A stretch of 64,000 nucleotides of DNA, taken from positions 1,440,001-1,504,000 of the forward strand of contig OY970209.1 in the NCBI GenBank assembly GCA_963713855.1, given 5' to 3'. The position numbers and the translations under genes were made by a program. Below are positions 32,831 through 42,129 of the stretch, in pieces; the first letter of the stretch is position 1, and each line of letters starts with the position of its first letter. The DNA comes from an uncultured bacterium (GTDB lineage Bacteria; Babelota; Babeliae; Babelales; Babelaceae). The notes below the pieces were generated by a model, which made no database searches, was not told where the DNA came from, and saw only the letters and a list, made by a program, of their open reading frames with translations.

Positions 32831-33334
32831 TTACAACTTTCTATTTCTTACCTTTCTCTTAAGCTTACCACGTTCTTTTTCTATAATTTTCTGATCTTGG
32901 GCATACCAAAGCATTTCTTCGGTATTTTTAAGTTTGCGCAAAAGCAATATGTTATGACCCCAAGCGAATCTAAAGACAGGAAGATTTTCAAAAAGTGGCA
33001 CAGCTTGTGCTACTTTTTCGTAAGCTAAGAAAAAAGCCTTCATTCTAAATATATTACTTCTTGAAAACCCTTCTATTCCAGGAAAAGCATTTTGTAAATC
33101 TTTGACAAGACGCTCAATGATCTGAGACCCCCAATGGCTAATCTCTTGTTTCTCTGTTATTGTTTTGCCTAAAGAGTAATGGAGTTTGATTAACTCTTTG
33201 TTTCCCCAAACAGCTGCTTTAATCTGAGACTCATAGATTTGTCTCTTCAGCGCTAATAGTATCTTAGTATAATCTTTAGCTAGAGCGAGAGTCGGCTTAG
33301 ATGTAGTTTCGCTTTTTTTCTTTATGCTTTTCAT
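32831..33334 (-). CDS. DUF1016/YhcG N-terminal domain only (truncated)
   Basis: QIKAAV..NKELIKL, WGSQIIERL..DL, GFSRSNIFRMKAF, WGHNILL; no nuclease half. Confidence 0.8.
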   Translation of the reverse strand: MKSIKKKSETTSKPTLALAKDYTKILLALKRQIYESQIKAAVWGNKELIKLHYSLGKTITEKQEISHWGSQIIERLVKDLQNAFPGIEGFSRSNIFRMKAFFLAYEKVAQAVPLFENLPVFRFAWGHNILLLRKLKNTEEMLWYAQDQKIIEKERGKLKRKVRNRKL

Positions 33335-33458
33335 TGAGTTCTCTCTACATAGTTCTTTAGCAAAAGCGATTTTGCTGGTAATTTTATCTTTTAATAATAA
33401 ACAAAAAACTTCCTAGAAAGGTGATAACCGCTTTTGAATGGTCTTATCGTAATAGATC

Positions 33459-33793
33459 TTGCAATTACCGTCAAACCTGGATATACCCACTTTTGATCTA
33501 ATAATCACTTCTTAATGAAGGATAAGCCAACGACCGTACTACTAACATATAGCGCGTATGAGCGTCGAGGAAGTACGTTCAAATTTGGCTCGCATAACTT
33601 CAAAGATGCAGATGCTTCAGCATCAGCGTCGAGCTCCTTCAAGCAGTAAGCTCATTCCTAGCCTAATGGTCCGAATGTCAGCTTCCATTTTAAGCGTCAA
33701 AGCTTACACGAAGCTTTTTCAATACTTTAAGCAAATTACACAACACACGATCAGCATAACTCATATGGCAAGGGCCATGAGGAAAACTATGTT
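33459..33793 (+). ncRNA. Promoter + conserved structured leader/ncRNA, copy A
   Basis: TTGCAA-17-TATACC; homologous to 51849-52158 with a covarying stem. Confidence 0.6.
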
Positions 33794-34031
33794 TTTGATT
33801 TATTTTTGAGTTCTGACGTAGAAGAGAAGCGTCATATTATTAAACTTGAGAGTGGAAGCTGAGTATGTCCTCTATGACGTTCAACCGCCATTCGATGTGA
33901 TCCTAAAATGTTCGGATCGTCAACTATGGCGGTACCTAAGCAACGCATTCAGGAATCGAGAAGCAAGCTTAAGGCAGTTACCAGCCTCTTTAAAAACTCT
34001 TGATACATTTTGCAGACAAAATGTCCTTTAA
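33794..34031 (+). pseudogene. 3' remnant of the recombinase (copy 2) with its attP-encoded tail
   Basis: LFLSSDVEEKRHIIKL...LYDVQPPFDVILKCSDRQLWRYLSNAFRNREASL... Confidence 0.9.
33901..33962 (+). repeat. R3: intact attP-like junction
   Basis: TCCTAAAATGTTCGGATCGTCAACTA-TG-GCGGTACCTAAGCAACGCATTCAGGA; 26-bp arms symmetric about TG. Confidence 0.92.
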
Positions 34032-34078
34032 AAGCTTAATCTATTGACTTTTTTTCCAATTTATTGGACAATTGCTCT

Positions 34079-34399
34079 ATGAGAGTAGTACTTAAAAAAG
34101 TTTACAAGCTTTATAAAACTCCTGAATATGGTGCTTGGCTTGAACAACAGACTTTTAAGTCCCAAGTACAGATTGCTGATCGCCTCTCTAAAATAGAATT
34201 AGAGGGACATTTCGGTAATCATAAATTTCTTGAAAATAATATTTGGGAGTTAAAGTGGGAAAATGGCAGAAGAATTTACTATGCCTATATTAGCTCTTTA
34301 GATATTTTAGTTTTACTTGGGGGAAATAAGAATGGGCAGAACAAAGACATTACACAAGCAAAAAGAATCTACAGAAAAAATGTTGAAACAGAAGATTAA
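34079..34399 (+). CDS. RelE/HigB-like addiction-module toxin
   Basis: WL..QIADRL..GHFG, IWELKW..GRRIYY, LLGGNKNGQNKDI. Confidence 0.88.
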   Translation: MRVVLKKVYKLYKTPEYGAWLEQQTFKSQVQIADRLSKIELEGHFGNHKFLENNIWELKWENGRRIYYAYISSLDILVLLGGNKNGQNKDITQAKRIYRKNVETED

Positions 34400-34676
34400 A
34401 AAAAGTGCTCAATTAAAACCTTACAATCCAACTGAAGATCTTTTAGATGAGAATTTTATTGGTAAAGCAATTTTAGAGTGTTTAAAAAATAATGATCCTG
34501 AGGGTGTAATGGAAGTGCTTTCGGTATATTTAAAAACAGTTAATAAGGTTAAATCTGCCCAACAAGCAAATATTGCACGTTCAACACTTTATCATAGCAT
34601 CAAAAGCAAAAATCCTACCATCAAGACATTGGCTAAGCTTGTTTCAATTCATTCATTAGAGTTTCGCACAAAGTAA
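34380..34676 (+). CDS. HTH addiction-module antitoxin
   Basis: Overlaps toxin end; IARSTLYHSI..NPTIKTL. Confidence 0.85.
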   Translation: MLKQKIKKSAQLKPYNPTEDLLDENFIGKAILECLKNNDPEGVMEVLSVYLKTVNKVKSAQQANIARSTLYHSIKSKNPTIKTLAKLVSIHSLEFRTK

Positions 34677-35025
34677 GCTGTTGGCAAGAAATTCTGTTAA
34701 TCGTCTTATAAAGAATGGAAAGTGCACAAATTTTGAGTATATCGAGATAGCGGGGCAAATGTACTTAAGGTGCTTTGGATCGGGAGCATAGAGGTAATGA
34801 AATTATAGGCTAAGAGAAAGTTAGCACTGGGTATCTAAGCTCAAATAGAAGTTGAAGCTTATCGAGAGCCTTATCATTCGTCTTGCCGGTCGCATTCAGT
34901 GTAGCATATTGATTACCACGAATATGAAATGCTCCCTTACGATCTCTCTAAACCCTGAATCCTTTATTAGCAAGACTAGCACGAAATCTTGTATGATCAA
35001 GCATCGTTTGCTCCCCCTCAAAAGA

Positions 35026-35076
35026 CCAGCTGTAAAAAGCTGGCGTTACCTAAGCGATGCATTCAGGAATAAAGAA
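35026..35076 (+). repeat. R4: hairpin + right arm
   Basis: CCAGCT-gtaaaa-AGCTGG CGTTACCTAAGCGATGCATTCAGGAATAAAGAA. Confidence 0.9.
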
Positions 35077-35158
35077 GTTAGACTAGATTTACGCTATCAT
35101 GCTATTCACGTCTCGTTATATAGATTTGTTAAATAACTAATATTTTGAAGCAAAGCGA

Positions 35159-36400
35159 TTAAGCAAGCCGTTTCATGTTCCACACAGCATACGCTTTTTC
35201 AATTTGTTGGCGAATTTGTGATGGTGGAATAAAAAGATAAGCATAGTTTTTTACCACTTCACCAGACTGACAAATGCCTTTTTGTTCCCATGCGTTGATA
35301 AGAGTTGCAATGTTAAATTCATGTGCAATGAGAAAGCCTATTATATAAAGGGCTCTCTCAACATGCGACGGATGTCGATCGGATAAACCTATTGTAATAA
35401 TACTTGGCTTTTCGTCTTCTTCTTCAGAAAGAAGTATGGTTATAAAGTTTAGTATGGCACTCATTTCTCCTAACTTTAAAAGTTGTCTCAATGCGAAAAG
35501 GTCAGCTCGTTGCTCAGTTGTTCGCTCATATAACGACAGAAGCTTGTTCTTTTCGCCTTCGGGCGGGATCCAAAGGAAACCGTAACGCTTAAGCACTCTT
35601 TGAGCTTCTGGCTCGGCTAATGCTTCCACTAATATTTTTCCGATCTTTGTATGACCGAAAGAAGGGAGTGTATGTATGCCAAGCTCTAGATAATCTTTAA
35701 TATCTTTTTGGTCGGATTTTACTAAAGGCTCGTTTAGGAAGCCCTGCATATCAACATCTCGAGTATCTCCGTGAACAATATGTCCGATCTCATGATAGAG
35801 GGTATACAGTCGAGAATCCAAATCAGGTGTTTTACACATGATTATATAGCTCTTCAAAGGTTTAGTGACTGCTTCACCAGCAAAGGATTTGGTTGTACTA
35901 AGGGCCCTTACTTCTTCTTGAAGACCCGCCAAACGTACGCCTTCGTCAACCAGTTTTTTCTGCATCGCTGTTGGTATTTCAACACCTTTTTCTTTAATAA
36001 GCAAATCAAGCTCAACTTCAGTTATTACTTCCTTTAGCCATGTTCTATCTATCCCATATATTGAAGAAGCTGGTACTAGTCCAAGAAGCTCTCTTAAAAA
36101 ATTGTAAGGATATAATAATATGTTCGGCCTCACACTAAGGTTAGGCTGAACAAGTCCATAATTAGCTCGATAAGCAACATTTTCTAGCCAATCAAAAAAC
36201 GTCAAGTCAGATTTGTCCAACTCTTTTAACAGCTCTTGTTTCCAACTCTTGTAATCTTTTCCTTCCACAGTGGGTTTTTCATTATAAACAAAGCTTCCTT
36301 TGTCAAAATCCATTACAAGGGTTATTCCACGAGGTGTTTTGCCATAACTGACTACAGTGAAGGCAAAAGATAAAATAATCGCTTGCATGATTTTTTTCAC
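35159..36400 (-). CDS. Exported M48-like zinc metalloprotease with one YNxLRE repeat
   Basis: YHEIGHIVH, TEQRADLFA, RHPSHVERALY. Confidence 0.8.
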   Translation of the reverse strand: MKKIMQAIILSFAFTVVSYGKTPRGITLVMDFDKGSFVYNEKPTVEGKDYKSWKQELLKELDKSDLTFFDWLENVAYRANYGLVQPNLSVRPNILLYPYNFLRELLGLVPASSIYGIDRTWLKEVITEVELDLLIKEKGVEIPTAMQKKLVDEGVRLAGLQEEVRALSTTKSFAGEAVTKPLKSYIIMCKTPDLDSRLYTLYHEIGHIVHGDTRDVDMQGFLNEPLVKSDQKDIKDYLELGIHTLPSFGHTKIGKILVEALAEPEAQRVLKRYGFLWIPPEGEKNKLLSLYERTTEQRADLFALRQLLKLGEMSAILNFITILLSEEEDEKPSIITIGLSDRHPSHVERALYIIGFLIAHEFNIATLINAWEQKGICQSGEVVKNYAYLFIPPSQIRQQIEKAYAVWNMKRLA

Positions 36401-36976
36401 AAAGAGCTCTCAAGAGGCATGATATTCATTAAATTTTTTTACTACCTATATATTTAATATTAGTTTTATTAATGCCAAAAAGTCAATGGTGTATTTTTAT
36501 AGCAAAACTTATCTCGTCAAATAGCCAATGAAAAGATCTTGAGGCTATAGGTAAAAAACTTTCTCGAAAGTCAATACCATTTTGCTTGACAGTATTGCTT
36601 ATAAACGGGATTATTGAATTATATTTTACCAAATTTTTCTAGATTTATGACCTAATCAACTCTATATCTGATCAGGGTAGCTAGACTGATGCGATAAACA
36701 TAAAATAGCTGTGATAGGCGTTTCTCTTCTTCTCCATGCTAGATAATGGAGAAGCTCGGTTGGTATATATTCCAAGTTTGAAAGGCTCAGATAGAGGTGA
36801 TTATTCGTTGCTACCTAAGTTGCTTCATCTTTATGGGGCGCCCGAAATCCCTCTGTTGCGATTTAGCAAAGAACTCTTTACTATAGGCGGGATTTTTCGG
36901 AAGAACAAAGATTAGCGATTATTAAGGCATTATTTCGCTGGCCCAGCGTAAATCGAAATAATGCAGGAGCTGCAAT

Positions 36977-37032
36977 CCAACTACTTTTTAAAGAGCTGGC
37001 GGTACCTAATTGACGCCTTCAGGAATAGGCAA
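36977..37032 (+). repeat. R5: hairpin + right arm
   Basis: CCAACT-actttttaaag-AGCTGG CGGTACCTAATTGACGCCTTCAGGAATAGGCAA. Confidence 0.88.
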
Positions 37033-37161
37033 GTAAGGCTTTTGTATATTTAAGCTGACTTTTAGTTTTACTAAAGAGAAACTTTGCTAAAGCATACTAT
37101 TATGCTCTTTCTACAGTAAATTATTGACATGCTATACTACACAGTGGTATGGTATAAGCAC

Positions 37162-37512
37162 GTGCTTAGAAATATTACCAACAACCTATTTCAGCAAAAT
37201 GAAAGACAATCTTCTAAAAAAGAGACAACTCTTTTAAGAAGATTATGATGTATTTCTTGAAGAATTAGCCAAAAACCCAGATTCAGGTGATGTGATTTCT
37301 GGCACAGGTGGTGTTCGAAAGATACGATTAAAATCAGCATCCAAAAGAAACGTGGTGGGTTTAGAGTTTGCTACTTTTACTTTCAGGCAAAGGAACGAAT
37401 ATACCTGTTTTATATCTTTGGAAAAAATGAGCAAGAAAAGATAACAGAAGAAGAGAAGAAAATTCTTAGGGACTTAGCAAGCTATTTTGAGAGGGGTTCA
37501 GAGCGTGAGTAA
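37162..37512 (+). pseudogene. RelE/HigB toxin, disrupted
   Basis: LAKNPDSGDVISGTGGVRKIR..KRGGFRVCYFY..GKNEQEKIT by hand translation; TAA at 37235 and frameshift near 37345. Confidence 0.85.
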
Positions 37513-37822
37513 ATTATTCAAAGCTTTAAAAGCAGGCTTCGAAGAAGCTATTGCACACGATCAAGGAAAGTTACAGCTTCGCTCAGAATGCATAGAGATT
37601 CCAGAACCACCTGCTCAATATAAAGCTAAAGAAATAAAGAAAATAAGAGAAAAAAATAAATATTCCCAAGCTATTTTTGCAAAGGTTCTTAACGTAAGTG
37701 TTAAAACCGTACAATCATGGGAATCGGGACAACGTGTCCCGAGCCAATCAGCATTACGCCTTCTTGAAATCGTAGAAAAAGGAATTTATAATCCTCAAAT
37801 TTATAGAAAATCAATTAGTTAG
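37505..37822 (+). CDS. HigA-like Xre HTH antitoxin
   Basis: IKKIREK..SQAIFAKVLNVSVKTVQSWESGQRVPS. Confidence 0.9.
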   Translation: MSKLFKALKAGFEEAIAHDQGKLQLRSECIEIPEPPAQYKAKEIKKIREKNKYSQAIFAKVLNVSVKTVQSWESGQRVPSQSALRLLEIVEKGIYNPQIYRKSIS

Positions 37823-37907
37823 ATGACGAATTACTGCCACAGAACAGTTGATTTATCCTAATCTCTTTCTTTACTTATTCTTTAAAGAGCTATTAAAAGC
37901 ATTGTTT

Positions 37908-37961
37908 GCCAGCTTTATTAAGCATTGGCGGCACCTAAGCGACGCATTCAGTAAAAGAGAA
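37908..37961 (+). repeat. R6: hairpin + right arm
   Basis: GCCAGCTT-tatt-AAGCATTGGC GGCACCTAAGCGACGCATTCAGTAAAAGAGAA. Confidence 0.9.
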
Positions 37962-38099
37962 ATAAGAATAATCTCTGTAAGACCCAATAAACTCAAATAA
38001 AGCCTCTTTTTTACGTTAAAGAACAAATGGTTGACTTTGACTTAGCTTATTTTAGAATAAGCACAAAGTTGATTATGTATTAAAAGTGTATCAAAACTT

Positions 38100-39020
38100 A
38101 TGAAAAATCTTCTAGCTTTTATTTATTTTTTAGCAGCAGCCTGCGCTCATGGAGAAGGCTTCTTAGCAGGAACTTTAGTTAAAACTCCAAATGGCTACAC
38201 TCCTATAGAAAAACTGCAAGAGAAAGATTTAGTAATTTGCTATGACTTTCAGGGAAACTGTGTCACAAGAAGGATAACAAAGACTTTTAAGCAATCTACC
38301 TCTGATTATATCCGCTTGTGGATTAACGATGAGTTAATTGAAGTTGCTTCTGATCACAAATTTTTTCTACCTCTTGAAAATCGCTGGATCGAAGCGAAAT
38401 GCGCTAACTCTAAGCATGTTTTTTTGAGTAGATGTATCGATTTAGTTCTAATTACTGCTGCTCAATATCTGACAAAACAAGCAGAAGTTTACGACATTAC
38501 GGTAGAAGAGTTTCATAACTTTTGTGTTTCCAATCAAGATGTTCATGTGCACAATATATCACCTGTAGTAGCAATTGGTATCTCTTGGGCCTTTGAAGGA
38601 CCTATTGTCTGGACAGCTTCTATCGGACTTGCCGGCTTAGGATGGGGAATTGGATACTTGCTTTCAAGTAATCGTCATGCGAGACCGCAAACTCACTTTA
38701 ATGCCGACGAATTTGGACAAAGATTTAACAACAAAAAGCATCACGAAGAAAGCTATCACACAACAGCAGCTAGTGGAGGATCTTCTGATGACTTTGATGA
38801 TGAAGATCCTTATAAAGAAGAACAACACAAAAGCAAGCAAATGAAAAAGCTTTCCGAAGGAGAAATTAAAAAATTGGAAGCTGCTGGAATTGATGTGCAC
38901 ACGCTTAAGCCAAATTCAAAATTTGATCTTTTCAAGAATCAGGCCGGTGAAATTTTCGTAAAACCCAAAGCAGGCAATGGTCCTGGCGACTCAACAGGCT
39001 TTAACATCAATAATTTTTAA
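38100..39020 (+). CDS. Hint-domain polymorphic toxin with Ntox33-like C-terminus
   Basis: Signal + Hint (GFLAGTLV..VYDITVEEFHNFCV..VHVHN) + hydrophobic linker + GIDVHTLK..FDLFK..IFVKPK.G.GPG..TG. Confidence 0.85.
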   Translation: MKNLLAFIYFLAAACAHGEGFLAGTLVKTPNGYTPIEKLQEKDLVICYDFQGNCVTRRITKTFKQSTSDYIRLWINDELIEVASDHKFFLPLENRWIEAKCANSKHVFLSRCIDLVLITAAQYLTKQAEVYDITVEEFHNFCVSNQDVHVHNISPVVAIGISWAFEGPIVWTASIGLAGLGWGIGYLLSSNRHARPQTHFNADEFGQRFNNKKHHEESYHTTAASGGSSDDFDDEDPYKEEQHKSKQMKKLSEGEIKKLEAAGIDVHTLKPNSKFDLFKNQAGEIFVKPKAGNGPGDSTGFNINNF

Positions 39021-39023
39021 GCT

Positions 39024-39422
39024 ATGAAATACGAATACAAAACCCTTGTCCGTCTTAAAATTTTGAGCACGACTCTTAGCCCCGAACAAATCACCTATGA
39101 ATTAGGAGTTGCTTGTGAACAATCTTGGAAGATTGGTGATAATCGAGCATCGAGTATTATTAAAGAAACAACCAATGGGTGGGTTCTTGGTTCAGGGTTT
39201 TCTCAATCAACACCCCTGGAAGAACAACTTGAGCCTTTCCTTAACCGTTTAACTACCTATTCTGCTAAAATTCGTCGATTATCTGTACACAATATTGTTG
39301 AGCTTTCTTGCATTGTCTACGCTGTGGCCCCTCCTGCTCTCTATTTTAATAAGAACGTTATCTCATCCATTGCTAAACTCGGGGCAAATTTTGACATCGA
39401 TTTGTACATTTTAGCAAAATAG
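39024..39422 (+). CDS. DUF4279-type immunity protein
   Basis: PEQITYELGV..WKIGD, W.L.S, LGANFDIDLY; 3 nt after the toxin stop. Confidence 0.85.
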   Translation: MKYEYKTLVRLKILSTTLSPEQITYELGVACEQSWKIGDNRASSIIKETTNGWVLGSGFSQSTPLEEQLEPFLNRLTTYSAKIRRLSVHNIVELSCIVYAVAPPALYFNKNVISSIAKLGANFDIDLYILAK

Positions 39423-39485
39423 TATTCATCTTATCCGGGCTCTACTTCACTCCAAAACTCCGTAGAACAAGTTTAAGAAAAAGAA

Positions 39486-39803
39486 TCATCGTTTTGCCGG
39501 CAAGCTAAATTTTAAATCAAATCCCATTGCTTGCACGATTACTGTTAAAGTACTTAAACGCGGGTTGCCGCTAGGCGATAATGTTTTATATAAACTTTCT
39601 CTACCTAAACCAGTTTTCCGCGATAGCTGCGCATAACCACCTTGAGCTAACGCAACAATTTCAAGAGCCATAAGAAGTAGTTTTTGTGATTCTTCATCTC
39701 CTTTTTTGCATTCGTCTAAAACTGAGTTTAGATAAGCAATAGCTTCTTCTGGATCCTTTAAAGATTCGACTAAGAGATCTTGATATTTTTTACTTCTTGG
39801 CGT
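39486..39803 (-). CDS. Orphan HTH addiction-module antitoxin (start codon appears mutated to ACG)
   Basis: Frame extends upstream of the ORF-track call: PRSKKYQDLLVESLKDPEEAIAYL...GLGRESLYKTLSPSGNPRL; RBS GAGGGG before ACG. Confidence 0.8.
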   Translation of the reverse strand, partial: TPRSKKYQDLLVESLKDPEEAIAYLNSVLDECKKGDEESQKLLLMALEIVALAQGGYAQLSRKTGLGRESLYKTLSPSGNPRLSTLTVIVQAMGFDLKFSLPAKR

Positions 39804-39951
39804 ATTTCTTACCCCTCATAATATGGTTGAATAAATAGCAAAATAGCCTTACCGCGTAGTTTACTTGGACGCAAGTTTCTATAAATTGCTAATCCAAAAG
39901 CAGAGATGGAAAGTGTCTTAATAAAAATTATTTAACTTTTGACTGAAAGAT

Positions 39952-40011
39952 GCCAGCTGAAAGCCTTTCGAAAGCTGGCGGTACCTAAGCGACGCATTCA
40001 GGAATAGGGAA
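39952..40011 (+). repeat. R7: hairpin + right arm (consensus copy)
   Basis: GCCAGCT-gaaagcctttcgaa-AGCTGGC GGTACCTAAGCGACGCATTCAGGAATAGGGAA. Confidence 0.93.
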
Positions 40012-40159
40012 ATTAAGTTTCATCTACAATATATTCAAAATTAACTTTTACCCTTCTAAAAGTTCTAAGCCGTTTAAGATCTTCTTTGCTTCATCCATTG
40101 AGGATAGATCATATATAGGATATATTAATAGTATAAGTGTTATATAAAGGAATAATCCT

Positions 40160-40366
40160 GTGGAAATTATAGCGTTCGAAGCAACAACAGAAAAGGGAGT
40201 CATAAAGATCCCTCAACAGTATCTTAAATCAATGACTCCTTACGTACAGGTAATTATAGTAATTGAGGAAGAAAAGAAACATAAAAAGCCTAAGGTTGAA
40301 TTTAAAGCTCTCAGTATCGATACAAAAAAAGTTAAATTTAACCGAGACGAAGCAAATGAACGATAA
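40160..40366 (+). CDS. Putative VapB-type antitoxin
   Basis: GVIKIP..VQVIIV, FNRDEANER; overlaps the PIN gene. Confidence 0.75.
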   Translation: MEIIAFEATTEKGVIKIPQQYLKSMTPYVQVIIVIEEEKKHKKPKVEFKALSIDTKKVKFNRDEANER

Positions 40367-40766
40367 TATCGTTTTCTTTGACACGAATATACTCGTTTAT
40401 CTTTACACGCAAAGTGAACCTGAAAAAAAGGATGCTATTATAAAGCTTATAGGCTTATATAAATCTCTATTCATTAGCACGCAAGTTATTAATGAGTTTA
40501 TTAATGTGATGCTCAAAAAACATCAAGCATCATATGAGCAGGTAATGGCTGCCTTACAAAAAGAAATACTCGTCCAATTTAACCTTCTTACTGTTACGCA
40601 AGTTACTATCCACAAGGCTCTCACGATAGGAGATAGATATAAATACTCTTATTACGATTCTTTAATAATAGCTGCAGCGCTGGAGTGCGATGCCTCCGAA
40701 TTATATTCAGAAGACATGCATGATGGACATACAATTGAGTCGCTTCAGATAACCAATCCTTTCTGA
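40356..40766 (+). CDS. VapC-like PIN toxin
   Basis: FFDTNILVY, ISTQVINEF, YYDSLIIAAAL, LYSEDM, ITNPF. Confidence 0.92.
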   Translation: MNDNIVFFDTNILVYLYTQSEPEKKDAIIKLIGLYKSLFISTQVINEFINVMLKKHQASYEQVMAALQKEILVQFNLLTVTQVTIHKALTIGDRYKYSYYDSLIIAAALECDASELYSEDMHDGHTIESLQITNPF

Positions 40767-40796
40767 GAAAGGCTTTTTTAAGGCATAAGCTTCCAT

Positions 40797-40853
40797 GCCA
40801 GCTGCTTTAACGAAAGCTGGCGGTACTTAAGCGACGCATTCAGGAGCAAAGAA
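40797..40853 (+). repeat. R8: hairpin + right arm
   Basis: GCCAGCT-gctttaacgaa-AGCTGGC GGTACTTAAGCGACGCATTCAGGAGCAAAGAA. Confidence 0.92.
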
Positions 40854-40966
40854 ATTAGACTTAGGTTAAGTTTGAGCGATATAAAAGGGCTTTATTGCAA
40901 GCTGCGACGTTATGAACATCTATTCTTAGAAAGCAGAAAACTAGTTTGACCATCAATAATAATACA

Positions 40967-41539
40967 CTAAGCCGCAGGTGCAGCTGGAGCAGCATAGGGC
41001 AGCGCTGTCAAAATAGCTATTACCTTTAAATAATAGTAAATTTTCCTAAAAACTATAAGAGGAAGTCCCACAAAAATTACAATAACTGCGGCAATTACAT
41101 ACAGAATCGCACTAAAAATCATACTCCTTATAGCTGCATCGAACAGCAAGTAAAGACCTGCTATTATTGGCCTTTCTTCAAAAAACTTAAATAGCTGTTC
41201 TATGTCATCAACTTTAGCAACAGCATCAAGGATTGCGGTAGGAAGCCCCATAAAAATAAATATAGCTAAAGTATACTTTGCGCCTCCAATAGGAAGCGCC
41301 ATTGCATGAAGAATGATACCCTCTACAGCCGTTGCACATAACAAGAATAAATCTTGCATTTTTGGCGGCATGTCTTTAAAAAAATTAGATGAGCACTCTA
41401 ACCTACCATCATTATTGGCTATATCGGCCCGTTTACAAGCCTCAGGGTCAATTGTCGTAAAATGCATCAAATCTAGAGTAGGATCAGCCTCATAAGAAGA
41501 CTTTTTAATACGACATTTACAACCTAGACTAACACTCAA
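40967..41539 (-). CDS. Hypothetical membrane protein, probably 5'-truncated
   Basis: Hydrophobic C-terminal half; 5' end abuts a TA remnant at ~41551. Confidence 0.5.
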   Translation of the reverse strand: MSVSLGCKCRIKKSSYEADPTLDLMHFTTIDPEACKRADIANNDGRLECSSNFFKDMPPKMQDLFLLCATAVEGIILHAMALPIGGAKYTLAIFIFMGLPTAILDAVAKVDDIEQLFKFFEERPIIAGLYLLFDAAIRSMIFSAILYVIAAVIVIFVGLPLIVFRKIYYYLKVIAILTALPYAAPAAPAA

Positions 41540-41604
41540 TGGCTCTTCGAAAGCCGCGATATTGAAAAAGCAAAGCGATATTGGCTTGATTGCGAAAGGT
41601 TATT

Positions 41605-41907
41605 ATGAAAAGAAGATTTAGGGATTATCAAGAAAAACCTTACGCAGACTTAAAGGACTCAGAATTAGCTAGTGCCTATCTTAACGTAGCGCTTATGGAG
41701 GAAGATCCACGCGTCTTTTTATTTGCGTTAAAGAATGTTTATGAAGCTCAAGGCGGAGAAATGGCTGATCTTGCTCGAAAGACAAAATTGAGTCGCGAAA
41801 ATCTTTATCGCATACTTTCAGAAAAAGGCAATCCCAAGCTTAGTATCGTATCTTTGCTTAATGCTATAGGATTCTCACTCGCCGTGCAACCTCGTAAAAA
41901 TAAATAA
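41605..41907 (+). CDS. HTH antitoxin, near-identical paralog of 54113-54415, with only the last ~55 nt of its toxin upstream
   Basis: 41551-41907 aligns to 54059-54415. Confidence 0.9.
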   Translation: MKRRFRDYQEKPYADLKDSELASAYLNVALMEEDPRVFLFALKNVYEAQGGEMADLARKTKLSRENLYRILSEKGNPKLSIVSLLNAIGFSLAVQPRKNK

Positions 41908-42062
41908 TCTTAGAAAGAAAGTTTTAGTTTTCTCAAAAGGAAGCACTACCATGGCTAGCGTAAACAAAGATGCTGTTGGCTTAAATTTATTTGGGTCAAT
42001 CATGCTGAACTTGTCTTGGCTTAAAATTAGAGCAATTCTATAAGAAAATAATAGCCCATCTA

Positions 42063-42091
42063 TTGACCGACGGTCGGTCGCATGCTATAAG
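42063..42091 (+). promoter_or_regulatory. Sigma70 promoter overlapped by a probable TetR operator
   Basis: TTGACC-17-TATAAG with extended TG; perfect palindrome GACCGAC-G-GTCGGTC at 42065-42079. Confidence 0.8.
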
Positions 42092-42129
42092 ATGTCTATT
42101 ATCAATTATCAAAACAGTGGAAATTAAAT

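Noticed and set aside
33558..33809. 83-aa ORF in leader copy A
   Set aside because: Not preserved in homologous copy B; the region behaves as non-coding.
34852..35136. 94-aa ORF ending WRYLSDAFRNKE..
   Set aside because: Chance read-through into the R4 tail; the upstream part has no recombinase similarity.
36600..36960. Non-coding stretch with a CTTCTCCAT/ATGGAGAAG hairpin as an ncRNA
   Set aside because: Single copy, one stem, no comparative support.
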